Shown here in pieces: positions 9,743 to 21,783 of a DNA stretch of 64,000 nucleotides (the stretch's first letter is position 1; each line of letters starts with the position of its first letter). Source of the stretch: Bacteroidales bacterium (lineage in GTDB: Bacteria > Bacteroidota > Bacteroidia > Bacteroidales > P3); NCBI GenBank assembly GCA_017551765.1, contig JAFZKV010000019.1, positions 14,353-78,352 on the forward strand, written 5' to 3'. The translations under genes were made by a program, and so were the position numbers. A model generated the notes under the pieces. The model was given only the letters and a program-made list of their open reading frames with translations. It was not told the origin of the DNA and made no database searches.

Positions 9743-11352
9743 AGAAGTTGTTATTAGCTGGCCTGCTGCTGACGGCCCTCGTGGCCAATGCCCAGAAACC
9801 TTTTATACCCGACACCGCCACCGCCGGACAGTTGCGAGTGGACGAGGTGATGCGCCTGATTGACGGCAACTACACCGAGGCGCCCGACATGGACAAGATG
9901 AGCGAGGTGGCCATCAATGCCATGTTCAAGGCCCTGGACCCCCACAGCGTCTACATCGCCGCCAAGGACGTGCAGCGTGCCAACGAGCAGTTGCAGGGCA
10001 ACTTCGAGGGCGTGGGCATCTCGTTCCAGATTGTGGAAAAGACCATCGTGGTGCAGACGGTCATCGAGGGCGGCCCCAGCGAGAAGGTGGGCATCATGAT
10101 TGGTGACAAGATTGTCCGTATCGACGGCATCGACGCCACGGGCGACAGCGCCACCAACGACTTTGTGTTCCGTCACCTGCGTGGCAAGAAAGGCACTTCG
10201 GTGGAGGTGGACATCGACCGCCAGGGGACGGTGTACTCCTTCCATATCGTGCGCGACAAGATACCCATCTACAGCATCGACTCCTACTTCATGGCCGACG
10301 AAAGCATCGGCTATATCCGTCTGATACGCTTCGCCCGCAGTTCGGCCGACGAATTCCGCAAGGCCCTGAAAGCGCTGAAGAAGCAGGGGATGCAGTCCCT
10401 GATTCTCGACCTGCGTGGCAACTCGGGTGGCTATCTGGACATTGCCTGCCAGCTGGGCAACGAGTTGCTCGACCGTGGACAGCTGATTGTCTATCAGGAG
10501 GGCCGCCGCACTCCGCGACAGAACTATTTTGCCAACGGTCGCGGCAATTGGCGCGCCGAGCGCGATGCCAAGGGTGACATCACTGCCGGTCGGCTGGTGG
10601 TGCTCATCGACGAAGGGTCGGCCTCGGCCAGCGAGATTGTGTCGGGTGCCGTGCAGGATTGGGACCGTGGCACCATCGTGGGCCGCCGCTCCTATGGCAA
10701 AGGATTGGTGCAGCGCATGTTCCAGCTGAAAGACGGCGGGCAGGTGCGCCTCACCACGGCACGCTACTACACCCCCTCGGGCCGCTGCATCCAGCGTTCC
10801 TATGAGGAGGGCTCCGACGCCTACCGTCAGGATGTCAACAACCGCTACAAGAATGGCGAGTTGGTCAGCGCCGACTCCATCCACTTCGCCGACTCGCTGA
10901 AGTACAAGACCGCCCACGGCCGCACCGTCTACGGCGGTGGCGGCATCATGCCCGATGTCTTTGTGCCGATGGACACCATGCGCCTGACCGACTACTTCAT
11001 CTCGTTGCGCGGCAAGGGCCTGTTCAACAGCCTGCCGCTGCAGTGGGCCGATGCGCACCGCAAGAGTCCCGAGGTGAAGACATTCGAGCTCTATCTGCAG
11101 AACTACGACTCCTTCGGCCTCGACAGCCTGCTGGCCGCCGAGGGTATCGAGAAGGGCGTGGTGCGCGACCTGGAGAAGGAGGCCGCCGAGCCCGAACGCA
11201 CCGCCCACACCGAGAATTATATGCGCCTGCTGCTCAAGGCCCAGGTGGCCAAGGACCTCTTCGGCTCCGAGTACTACTACAAGGTGATGAAAGAGGTGGA
11301 CGACGGCTACCAGGAGGCCCTCAGGCAGTTGCATACAGTAAGTGAAAATTGA
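9739..11352 (+). CDS. S41 family C-terminal processing peptidase (PDZ-containing)
   Basis: Signal peptide, PDZ segment (GVGISF...GGPSEKVGIMIGDKIV), LDLRGNSGG and GSASASEIV...SYGKGLVQ catalytic Ser/Lys motifs. Confidence 0.9.
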   Translation: MKKLLLAGLLLTALVANAQKPFIPDTATAGQLRVDEVMRLIDGNYTEAPDMDKMSEVAINAMFKALDPHSVYIAAKDVQRANEQLQGNFEGVGISFQIVEKTIVVQTVIEGGPSEKVGIMIGDKIVRIDGIDATGDSATNDFVFRHLRGKKGTSVEVDIDRQGTVYSFHIVRDKIPIYSIDSYFMADESIGYIRLIRFARSSADEFRKALKALKKQGMQSLILDLRGNSGGYLDIACQLGNELLDRGQLIVYQEGRRTPRQNYFANGRGNWRAERDAKGDITAGRLVVLIDEGSASASEIVSGAVQDWDRGTIVGRRSYGKGLVQRMFQLKDGGQVRLTTARYYTPSGRCIQRSYEEGSDAYRQDVNNRYKNGELVSADSIHFADSLKYKTAHGRTVYGGGGIMPDVFVPMDTMRLTDYFISLRGKGLFNSLPLQWADAHRKSPEVKTFELYLQNYDSFGLDSLLAAEGIEKGVVRDLEKEAAEPERTAHTENYMRLLLKAQVAKDLFGSEYYYKVMKEVDDGYQEALRQLHTVSEN

Positions 11353-11374
11353 TAACTTTTTAAACAATAACATC

Positions 11375-13009
<1,635 letters not shown>

Positions 13010-13028
13010 AAAGGATGTAACCTTCCAA

Positions 13029-13057
13029 GCCTCCGCAACCCTGCGGAGGCTTTTTTT
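13029..13057 (+). terminator. rho-independent terminator after pruA
   Basis: gcctccgca-accc-tgcggaggc followed by T7. Confidence 0.85.
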
Positions 13058-13158
13058 ATACCCCTCACCGACCACCGCCCCTCTTGATTGCGTTATTGTG
13101 GGATTGTGTCATTGTGTTACTAACGCAATCACGCAATGACGCATTAACGCAATCTTAT

Positions 13159-13469
13159 GTCGTGCACGACCTATCCGTACCACCCCCGCACAAGCACCGT
13201 ATCAACATCGCCCTTTCTCCGACCGCGGTCGGACATCAGTCGGAGTTGACTCGGACTTGAGTCGGACCACAGTCGGAGGGGGTGCGATGGCAATATGACG
13301 TCTAAATGTGCTATTGCGCTCTGATACAGTGGTTGTTAGTGCGTTAAAATTACGCCATTGCCTGTTTTTGTCCGAGAAAAGAGCGTTTTTGGCCCTTCGG
13401 AGGTCTGTCGTCGGCCAATACCGACTACCGCCCACCAGCTACCGACTACCGATTTACATCGTGCACGAC
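13159..13469. repeat. non-coding segment bounded by the 12-bp palindrome GTCGTGCACGAC / ATCGTGCACGAC
   Basis: Palindrome at 13159-13170 and 13458-13469. The interior shares gacatcagtcggag and CCGACTACCG words with 28683-29086. Confidence 0.6.
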
Positions 13470-13580
13470 CTAATTTTTATCACCACTTTTTTACCTCCCC
13501 GCCTTCGGCGGTAATCCTGTAAATCTTGTAAATTATTTTATTCGGATTTATGGATTACGCGCAGCGGGATAAATAAAAAT

Positions 13581-13611
13581 TTTGCCGTATGAAATAATCT
13601 TCGTATCTTTG
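13581..13611 (+). promoter_or_regulatory. promoter (TTTG -33 / TAtcTTTG -7) heading the AT-rich island
   Basis: tttg 13581-13584 and tatctttg 13604-13611, spacing about 19 nt. The next ATG-initiated gene is 300 nt downstream. Confidence 0.5.
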
Positions 13612-13919
13612 CAGTCGCTTTCGAGAGCGAAAGTTGTAAGCAAGAAAAGCATTGCGAATATCCTATCTTTGAAAATTCGCCAAATCAACGAGGGAGGATT
13701 GAGCATTATTTGCTTTCGCTTGGTTGTGTATGCTATCCCATAGCATAGCGTCAGGCGTGAGAAAGTGTTCAGTACCCCGTTCCCTCAAAGGTGTTTGGCG
13801 ATACCTCAAAGATAACGATGAGCACATACCCTCATGCCTTTTCTATTTATGTTTGATAAACATTCCGTTGGAGGGCCGGAACAAAAAGGTTGTGCCCGAC
13901 ACGTATAAGGGATTATTAA

Positions 13920-14501
13920 ATGGCAAAAAGCAAAAAAGTATTGGTGCTGTTGATGTTGGTTGCATCCTTATTTGTTGTATCTTGCGACCTTGGCATCAGG
14001 AGAGCAGAATCTCCGAAAGATTATCAAACGGAAATCGAAGATTGTGTCAAATTTGAGATATCTGTCTGTAATGTGATGATAAAGCAATATGCTGGTTTGT
14101 TTGATGATAATATGTTTGTTGCTTTGACAGCAAATGACTTTGGTGGGCTATATTCGTATGCGTGGGATGAATATTGTAAAAGAATTGACGAATTTGAAGA
14201 AACTATGGATGAATTATGGTATGCTGAGGAAAGCCAAGAAGGTTATTTGTCCGTTCTTCAAAAAGTGGCTGGTGTCTCCGGAGAGTTTCAGTATTTAGCA
14301 GAAAAAGTTCTCGAAGAATACAATACAACATCAGTAATCATATCGGAATATACGCAACTCGCTACGTCGTCAGACATTATTGTATGGAGATTTCAAGAAC
14401 TCAACACAGGAATATTCTTTAGGTTTTATTTGGATGATTCATGGACATGTGAGTCGGAAGAGGCGTCTATAACTCGTTATTTGAAGAAATATATAAAATA
14501 G
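13920..14501 (+). CDS. hypothetical lipoprotein (AT-rich island)
   Basis: 193 aa. Signal peptide with lipobox LFVVSC. Acidic helical mature part. No family recognised. Confidence 0.55.
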   Translation: MAKSKKVLVLLMLVASLFVVSCDLGIRRAESPKDYQTEIEDCVKFEISVCNVMIKQYAGLFDDNMFVALTANDFGGLYSYAWDEYCKRIDEFEETMDELWYAEESQEGYLSVLQKVAGVSGEFQYLAEKVLEEYNTTSVIISEYTQLATSSDIIVWRFQELNTGIFFRFYLDDSWTCESEEASITRYLKKYIK

Positions 14502-14507
14502 ATAAAT

Positions 14508-15569
14508 ATGGCAAAGAAAGAAGAGTGTGCTAATTGCACAAAGTTCAAACAAGGCGTATACGGCCCAAAATGTTCTTATATTGGAAGGCAACCGTTTTTT
14601 GACGGCACGCCATGTAAACATTGTGATGGTGAAATGGTCTCTTTTGATAGGGAGCATCAAACTGTCAGCAAGGGAATAGATAATGACCGAGAGAAACAGG
14701 ATAGCACAGAGAAACACATTATTCCACAGGTAGATCTGAATTTCTTTGACCTTTCAGGGTGGATGTGGACTGTTCTTGTTATCATTCCACTTTTTGCTTT
14801 GATGAGAATGATTAGACGAACACACGGATATTTGGATACCTCGGTAGTGATTACATTTTTGGCTATAGCTTGTATTGTTGCATCAATAGCTCTATTAGTT
14901 TCCTTGTGGAAGCTATACACCGGCACAAAAATGCACAAGCAATTGTTTCCTTTGATTCATTCGTCCAAATATAATGTTATAAGTATTTTATTTTGGAGTC
15001 AACTTGGCTTAATCGTTTCTGGGTTTATTGGTTTTTTGTTCGAAATATTTGGTTATAAGTGGCCTTTGATAGAGGTTTTGGGCTATTTGTTTTGGCTTAT
15101 GGTAATAGCCTGTATTACTGTTGCGGGATTACGTTTCAATAAGTTTGAAAAAGATAACTTCAAAATTAATGATGACTTTGGATTATGGTTAATTGGATAT
15201 GGTGCCTTCTCGGTGCTCATGTTTGTTTTTGACCTCATCACGGGAGATAATGCTTCTGATGTTGTAATAATAATTTATCTTAGCATTACATATTTTGTTG
15301 ATGGTTTATACGCATATAATATTATAAAATATTCCGCTGACAATCTCCCAAAACTATTAAAAGGATGGGATGAGAAAAACCCTGAATTTTCAAGTAGACG
15401 AGAAGTGTCTATTACATATAGGGACAGCAAAAAAGATAATCAAACAAAGAGCCCAATGGATTATTCGTTAAAGATGGAAGGAATGAAAAAATGTCCATTT
15501 TGTGGTGAGAATATCCAAGCTGGTGCAAAAAAATGCCGTTATTGTCATGAATGGATAATAGAAAAATAA
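14508..15569 (+). CDS. hypothetical multi-pass membrane protein with N- and C-terminal zinc-ribbon motifs
   Basis: CANC...C..CKHC at the N-terminus, about 6 hydrophobic helices, and CPFCGENIQAGAKKCRYC at the C-terminus. AT-rich. Confidence 0.6.
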   Translation: MAKKEECANCTKFKQGVYGPKCSYIGRQPFFDGTPCKHCDGEMVSFDREHQTVSKGIDNDREKQDSTEKHIIPQVDLNFFDLSGWMWTVLVIIPLFALMRMIRRTHGYLDTSVVITFLAIACIVASIALLVSLWKLYTGTKMHKQLFPLIHSSKYNVISILFWSQLGLIVSGFIGFLFEIFGYKWPLIEVLGYLFWLMVIACITVAGLRFNKFEKDNFKINDDFGLWLIGYGAFSVLMFVFDLITGDNASDVVIIIYLSITYFVDGLYAYNIIKYSADNLPKLLKGWDEKNPEFSSRREVSITYRDSKKDNQTKSPMDYSLKMEGMKKCPFCGENIQAGAKKCRYCHEWIIEK

Positions 15570-15618
15570 TACATATTATTTGTCTTTTATGTAGAGTGTG
15601 GAAATAAGCAGATAAAAA

Positions 15619-15657
15619 AGGAGCATGTCCCAGCATCGGAAATATGCTCCTATTTTT
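15619..15657 (+). terminator. rho-independent terminator after the zinc-ribbon membrane protein gene
   Basis: aggagcat...atgctcct stem followed by a T-run. Confidence 0.7.
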
Positions 15658-15712
15658 GTTGTTATTAATATCTTGCGGAGAAATAGTTGGATGTATTACC
15701 GCAAGGTGGTGA

Positions 15713-15832
15713 TTAGCTGATTAGCTCGTCGAGTTCGAGCCAGCGGAGTTCTTTCTCATCCAGGAGGGCCAGCAGTTCGCCGATGCAGGTGCTGGCCTTC
15801 GGCCACTCTATGTATGAGGTTTCCTTGTACAT
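15713..15832 (-). pseudogene. duplicated 3' end of the ABC-F ATPase gene (39-codon remnant ORF)
   Basis: Encodes ...GELLALLDEKELRWLELDELIS*. 15723-15801 equals 17360-17438 (79 bp, 2 mismatches). Confidence 0.65.
15723..15801. repeat. 79-bp direct repeat, copy A
   Basis: Base-by-base comparison with 17360-17438 shows only A/G differences at two positions. Confidence 0.9.
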
Positions 15833-15845
15833 TTTGAAGATTTAT

Positions 15846-15876
15846 TTTGGTATATTCAAGAAAAGTTGTATTTTTG
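15846..15876 (+). promoter_or_regulatory. promoter (TTTG / TAttTTTG) for abiEi-abiEii
   Basis: tttg 15846-15849 and tatttttg 15869-15876. 22 nt upstream of the ATG at 15899. Confidence 0.5.
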
Positions 15877-15898
15877 CATCGTTTTTTGATTAGAATAA

Positions 15899-16519
15899 AT
15901 GAATTATCTACAGTTCAGAGAGCAATGGCGCGGTTTGGGGTGCTTCAACATTTACCAGGTTCGTGCATGGCGAGCCGATTTTGACCACACCAACATCTCC
16001 CGCTGGGTGAAGCGTGGATATCTGTCGCGGCTTCGCCAAGACTGGTACGCCTTCAGCGACATGGTCTCCCAGCCAGACGCGGCAAGGTATGTGGCTAGTA
16101 CAATTTATAGCCCTTCCTACATTAGTCTTCATGCCGCATTGGCCTATTATGGCATCATACCCGAGGCTGTGACAAAGATTACCAGCATCACAACCAAGCG
16201 TACCACTTCATACAGCAATGTATTCGGTGAATTCAGCTACCAAACCGTCAAGCCCGAGCTGTTTTTTGGATACACACAAATGTCCATGCCTGCGGGAGGA
16301 AGCTATCTTATGGCACTACCAGAGAAGGCAATGGTTGACCTACTGTATCTTTATCCTCAATATGATACCGAAGAAGCTCTGCTTGACCTTCGATTTGATG
16401 AAGATTGGATGCAAGAAGAGCTTAATGTGGAACGACTGTTGGATTTTGTCTCACGGTGCGATTCCAAAAGCCTTCAGAAAAGAGTAGATTTACTTATCAA
16501 TACCTATCGTCATGATTGA
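15899..16519 (+). CDS. abiEi: type IV toxin-antitoxin system AbiEi family antitoxin
   Basis: 206 aa. N-terminal winged-helix-like segment (ISRWVKRGYLSRLRQDWYAF) and layout typical of AbiEi. 8-nt overlap with the AbiEii gene. Confidence 0.78.
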   Translation: MNYLQFREQWRGLGCFNIYQVRAWRADFDHTNISRWVKRGYLSRLRQDWYAFSDMVSQPDAARYVASTIYSPSYISLHAALAYYGIIPEAVTKITSITTKRTTSYSNVFGEFSYQTVKPELFFGYTQMSMPAGGSYLMALPEKAMVDLLYLYPQYDTEEALLDLRFDEDWMQEELNVERLLDFVSRCDSKSLQKRVDLLINTYRHD

Positions 16520-17300
16520 TATAAATTCGTTGTTAGGCTATTATCCACAAGCGATTTCGACAAATAAGGCATTTCACAAACATATCTTGAAAGAGTATGT
16601 CGAACTGTTGGCGTTGGAGCATCTGTCACGGTCTCCATTGGCGACTAAAATTGTTTTTATAGGAGGAACCAATCTCAGGCTTGTTCATGGAATTGACCGC
16701 TTCTCCGAGGATTTGGATTTCGACTGCAAAGGACTGACCGAGGCTGAATTTGTAGAATTATCGGACGAAGTGGCAAAGTGTTTGAGAAATAACGGCCTGC
16801 GGGTGGAATTGCGTGATAAGGACACCTCACACCTTACAGCGTTTCGCCGTAACCTCTATTTTCCTGAGTTGCTGTTCGAGATGGGACTATCCGGCCATCG
16901 TGAGGAACGCTTCCTGATGAAAATAGAGGCTCAGGACCAAGGTGTCGGCTATCAGTCACAGACGACGTTGATTAATCGCTGTGGGTTCTTGTTTCCCATG
17001 CCTGCGGCTCCCAAAGATGTGCTTCTGTCCATGAAATTGTCGGCATTACTGACGAGAGCAAAAGGACGGGATTTCTACGATACAATCTTTTTGTGGCAGC
17101 AGACAAGTCCTGAATACGACTTCCTTAGAGACAGATGCGGTATTGGTACGCCAAAGACACTGAAAGAGGCATTGGAAAATAAACTGTCGTCCACTGACTT
17201 GAAATTGAAACAGCGAGACTTTGAGCATCTGCTTTTCAACACGGCTCGTAGCACACAGATTCTTTATTTCAAGGAATTTATAGAGGAAAAGCTATCCTGA
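16512..17300 (+). CDS. abiEii: nucleotidyltransferase AbiEii/AbiGii toxin family protein
   Basis: 262 aa. FIGGTNLRLVHGIDRFSEDLDFDC matches the GG..L....G..R.S.DLDF signature of AbiEii (DUF1814). Confidence 0.85.
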   Translation: MIDINSLLGYYPQAISTNKAFHKHILKEYVELLALEHLSRSPLATKIVFIGGTNLRLVHGIDRFSEDLDFDCKGLTEAEFVELSDEVAKCLRNNGLRVELRDKDTSHLTAFRRNLYFPELLFEMGLSGHREERFLMKIEAQDQGVGYQSQTTLINRCGFLFPMPAAPKDVLLSMKLSALLTRAKGRDFYDTIFLWQQTSPEYDFLRDRCGIGTPKTLKEALENKLSSTDLKLKQRDFEHLLFNTARSTQILYFKEFIEEKLS

Positions 17301-17340
17301 TTATTTAACGACCCTGTGAGCACAAGGTAACTGTTGCCGA

Positions 17341-19156
<1,816 letters not shown>

Positions 19157-19164
<8 letters not shown>

Positions 19165-19525
19165 TCTTTGTGTTCAGCAGTTTGTTGGTCTGTTCCTTGG
19201 CCTTGTGGTTGATTTCCGGCGTGAGGTGCTTGCTGACGGTGCGCAGGGCCAGGAAGATGGCCGTCAGGTCGTCGGTGAAGCCCATAGCGGGGATGAAGTC
19301 GGGGATGAGGTCGGCCGGCAGGATGAGGTAGCCCAGCGCACCGATGATGAGGGTCTTGGCCTTTACTGGCACATCCTTCGACTGCAGCAGGTAATAAAGC
19401 TGCAGGGCAGGGTAGAGCACCTTGGCGCCCACCTGTGACGCCACATGCCTCACTTTGCGCCAGAAGCCATCCTCGTTGTAGTGCCGCTCATATTGCGGCG
19501 CTGTTTCAATAGTGAACTTATCCAT
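19157..19525 (-). CDS. YkvA/DUF1232 family membrane protein
   Basis: GALGYLILPADLIPDFIPAMGFTDDL is the DUF1232 signature. Confidence 0.8.
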
Positions 19526-19527
19526 TG

Positions 19528-21780
19528 TTATCCGAGCACTTCCATGATGGCTTTGGCGGCTTTGCGGCCGGCACCCATGGCGAGGATGACTGTAGCGGCA
19601 CCGCTGACGGCGTCGCCGCCGGCGAAGATGTATTTACGGCTGGTCTGTCCGTTCTCGTCGGCCTTGATGCCGCCCCAGGTCTCGCAGTCCAGACCAGGCG
19701 TGCTGGTGCGGATGAGCGGGTTGGGGCTGGTGCCGAGGGCGGCGACCACGGTGTCGGCCTCCACGTCCACCTCGCTGCCTTCGATGGCTTTAAACGAGCG
19801 GCGCCCCTTGGCGTCGGGTTCGCCCATCTCCATCTTCACGCAGCGCAGGGCGCGCACATAGCCGTCCTCGGTGCCGAGCACCTCGACGGGGGCCGTCTGG
19901 AACATGAACTGCACACCCTCTTCCATAGCGTGATGCACCTCCTCGCGGCGGGCGGGCATGTCCTGTTCGCCGCGACGGTAGACTACTGTCACCTCGCTGC
20001 CCAATCGCAGGGCGGTGCGGGCGGCATCCATAGCCACATTGCCGCCACCCACCACGATGACCTTCTTGCCAAGGTAGATGGGGGTGTCGTACTGTTCGTC
20101 GTAACCGTGCATGAGGTTGGTGCGCGTGAGCAGTTCGTTGGCGCTGATAACGCCGATGAGGGTTTCGCCGTTGATGCCCATAAACTTTGGCAGGCCGGCA
20201 CCCGAGGCAATATAGACGGCATCGTATTCCATATCGTTCATCAGCTGGTCGATGGTGATACTCTTGCCGATGATGACGTTGGTGCGTATCTCGACACCCA
20301 GACGGCGCAGGTTGTCAATCTCGGGCTCCACTACTTTCTGCTTGGGCAGGCGGAATTCGGGGATGCCGTAGACCAGCACACCGCCGGCATGGTGCAGCGC
20401 CTCGAAGACGGTTACCTGGTAACCGTGCTTGGCGAGGTCGCCGGCGCAGGTCAGGCCGCTGGGACCGCTGCCCACCACTGCCACCTTGCGGCCTGCAGGG
20501 TAGCATTGGCTCTGCGGCTTGCTGACGGCGCGGTGGTTGTCGGCCACGAAGCGCTCGAGGGCACCGATGGCGATTGGCTCACCCTTGACGCCCATCACGC
20601 AGCTGCCCTCGCACTGCGTCTCCTGCGGGCAGACGCGGCCGCAGACAGCGGGCAACGCCGAGTCGTGACTGATGGTGATATAGGCTTGGTTAAGGTTTTC
20701 CTCCTTGATGTCCTGGATGAAGCGCGGGATGTTGATGCCCACGGGACAAGCCTCCACGCAGCGCGGTTTCTTGCACTGCAGACAGCGGTTGGCTTCCACC
20801 AGCGCCTGGTGCTCGGTGAAGCCAAAACTCACCTCGTCGAAGTTCTTGGCACGTACCTTGGGGTCCTGCTCACGAGGTTTCTGTCGTTTCTTTGTTTCTG
20901 CTATAGCGGCATCCACAGCAGGAGCAAGATTGCAGTTGTGTCCACTCTCGGCGGTGGCGATACGGTAGCGGCGTGCATCGGGGGTCTTCAGCTTGCGGGC
21001 GGCTTCGTCGAAGTCCACAAGATGGCCGTCGAATTCGGGACCGTCGACGCAGCAGAACTTCACCTCGTCGCCCACACGCACGCGGCAGGCACCGCACATG
21101 CCGGTGCCGTCGACCATCATGCAGTTGAGGCTCACGATGGTGGGTAGGTTGTACTTCTTGGTGGTAAGGCTGACGAACTTCATCATCGGCAGCGGTCCGA
21201 TGGCCACGCAGTGGCTGTACTCCACACCCTTGGTGCAGAGTTCATCCACTTTGGCGGTTACCAAGCCCTGTTCGCCATAGGTGCCGTCGTCGGTCATGAT
21301 GTGCAGGTTGTGGCACACGGCACGCAGCTCGTCTTCATAGAAGAGCAGGTCCTTCGAGCGGGCACCGATGATGACGTCGGTGGGGATACCGTTGCGGAAG
21401 GCCCACTTTACCTGCGGAAACACCGGCGCGATGCCCACGCCGCCAGCCACGAACAGCAGACGCTTCAACTCACCCTTGGCGTGTTTTTCTATCAGTTCGC
21501 TTGGCCGTCCCAGAGGTCCCACGATGGTGTAGAGGTCGTCGCCGACGTTCATCTCTGCCAGCTGGCGTGTGGTGTCTCCCACCACTTGGAACACCAGCAC
21601 TATAGACTGCCGCTGGTACACAATATCGCTAATCGTCAATGGGATGCGCTCACCGTTGGGGTGGGGTATAACGATGACGAATTGGCCTGGTTTGCCGCTG
21701 AGCGAAATCCACGGCGCGTGGACTTCCATCTGGTAAATCTCGTGGCTGTTAAGCAGCCGCTTGCTGATGATCTCGTACAT
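19528..21780 (-). CDS. bifunctional PyrK-like FAD/NAD-binding subunit / NADPH-dependent glutamate synthase small-chain-like oxidoreductase
   Basis: 750 aa. N-terminal ferredoxin-reductase-like module. Central Cys clusters (CLQCKKPRCVEACP; CGRVCPQETQCEGSC). Two Rossmann GxGxxG sites (VVGSGPSGL, VVGGGNVAMD). Confidence 0.88.
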   Translation of the reverse strand: MYEIISKRLLNSHEIYQMEVHAPWISLSGKPGQFVIVIPHPNGERIPLTISDIVYQRQSIVLVFQVVGDTTRQLAEMNVGDDLYTIVGPLGRPSELIEKHAKGELKRLLFVAGGVGIAPVFPQVKWAFRNGIPTDVIIGARSKDLLFYEDELRAVCHNLHIMTDDGTYGEQGLVTAKVDELCTKGVEYSHCVAIGPLPMMKFVSLTTKKYNLPTIVSLNCMMVDGTGMCGACRVRVGDEVKFCCVDGPEFDGHLVDFDEAARKLKTPDARRYRIATAESGHNCNLAPAVDAAIAETKKRQKPREQDPKVRAKNFDEVSFGFTEHQALVEANRCLQCKKPRCVEACPVGINIPRFIQDIKEENLNQAYITISHDSALPAVCGRVCPQETQCEGSCVMGVKGEPIAIGALERFVADNHRAVSKPQSQCYPAGRKVAVVGSGPSGLTCAGDLAKHGYQVTVFEALHHAGGVLVYGIPEFRLPKQKVVEPEIDNLRRLGVEIRTNVIIGKSITIDQLMNDMEYDAVYIASGAGLPKFMGINGETLIGVISANELLTRTNLMHGYDEQYDTPIYLGKKVIVVGGGNVAMDAARTALRLGSEVTVVYRRGEQDMPARREEVHHAMEEGVQFMFQTAPVEVLGTEDGYVRALRCVKMEMGEPDAKGRRSFKAIEGSEVDVEADTVVAALGTSPNPLIRTSTPGLDCETWGGIKADENGQTSRKYIFAGGDAVSGAATVILAMGAGRKAAKAIMEVLG

Positions 21781-21783
21781 ATT

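Noticed and set aside
13724-14056. The 110-aa ORF overlapping the start of the island lipoprotein gene.
   Set aside because: It overlaps a better gene in another frame, has no motifs, and lies in the putative leader.
13530-17340. Calling the whole AT-rich block an integrative mobile element or prophage remnant.
   Set aside because: No integrase, transposase, relaxase or phage structural gene occurs anywhere in the window. Only the 79-bp direct repeat supports insertion, so it is reported as a finding rather than annotated as a mobile element.
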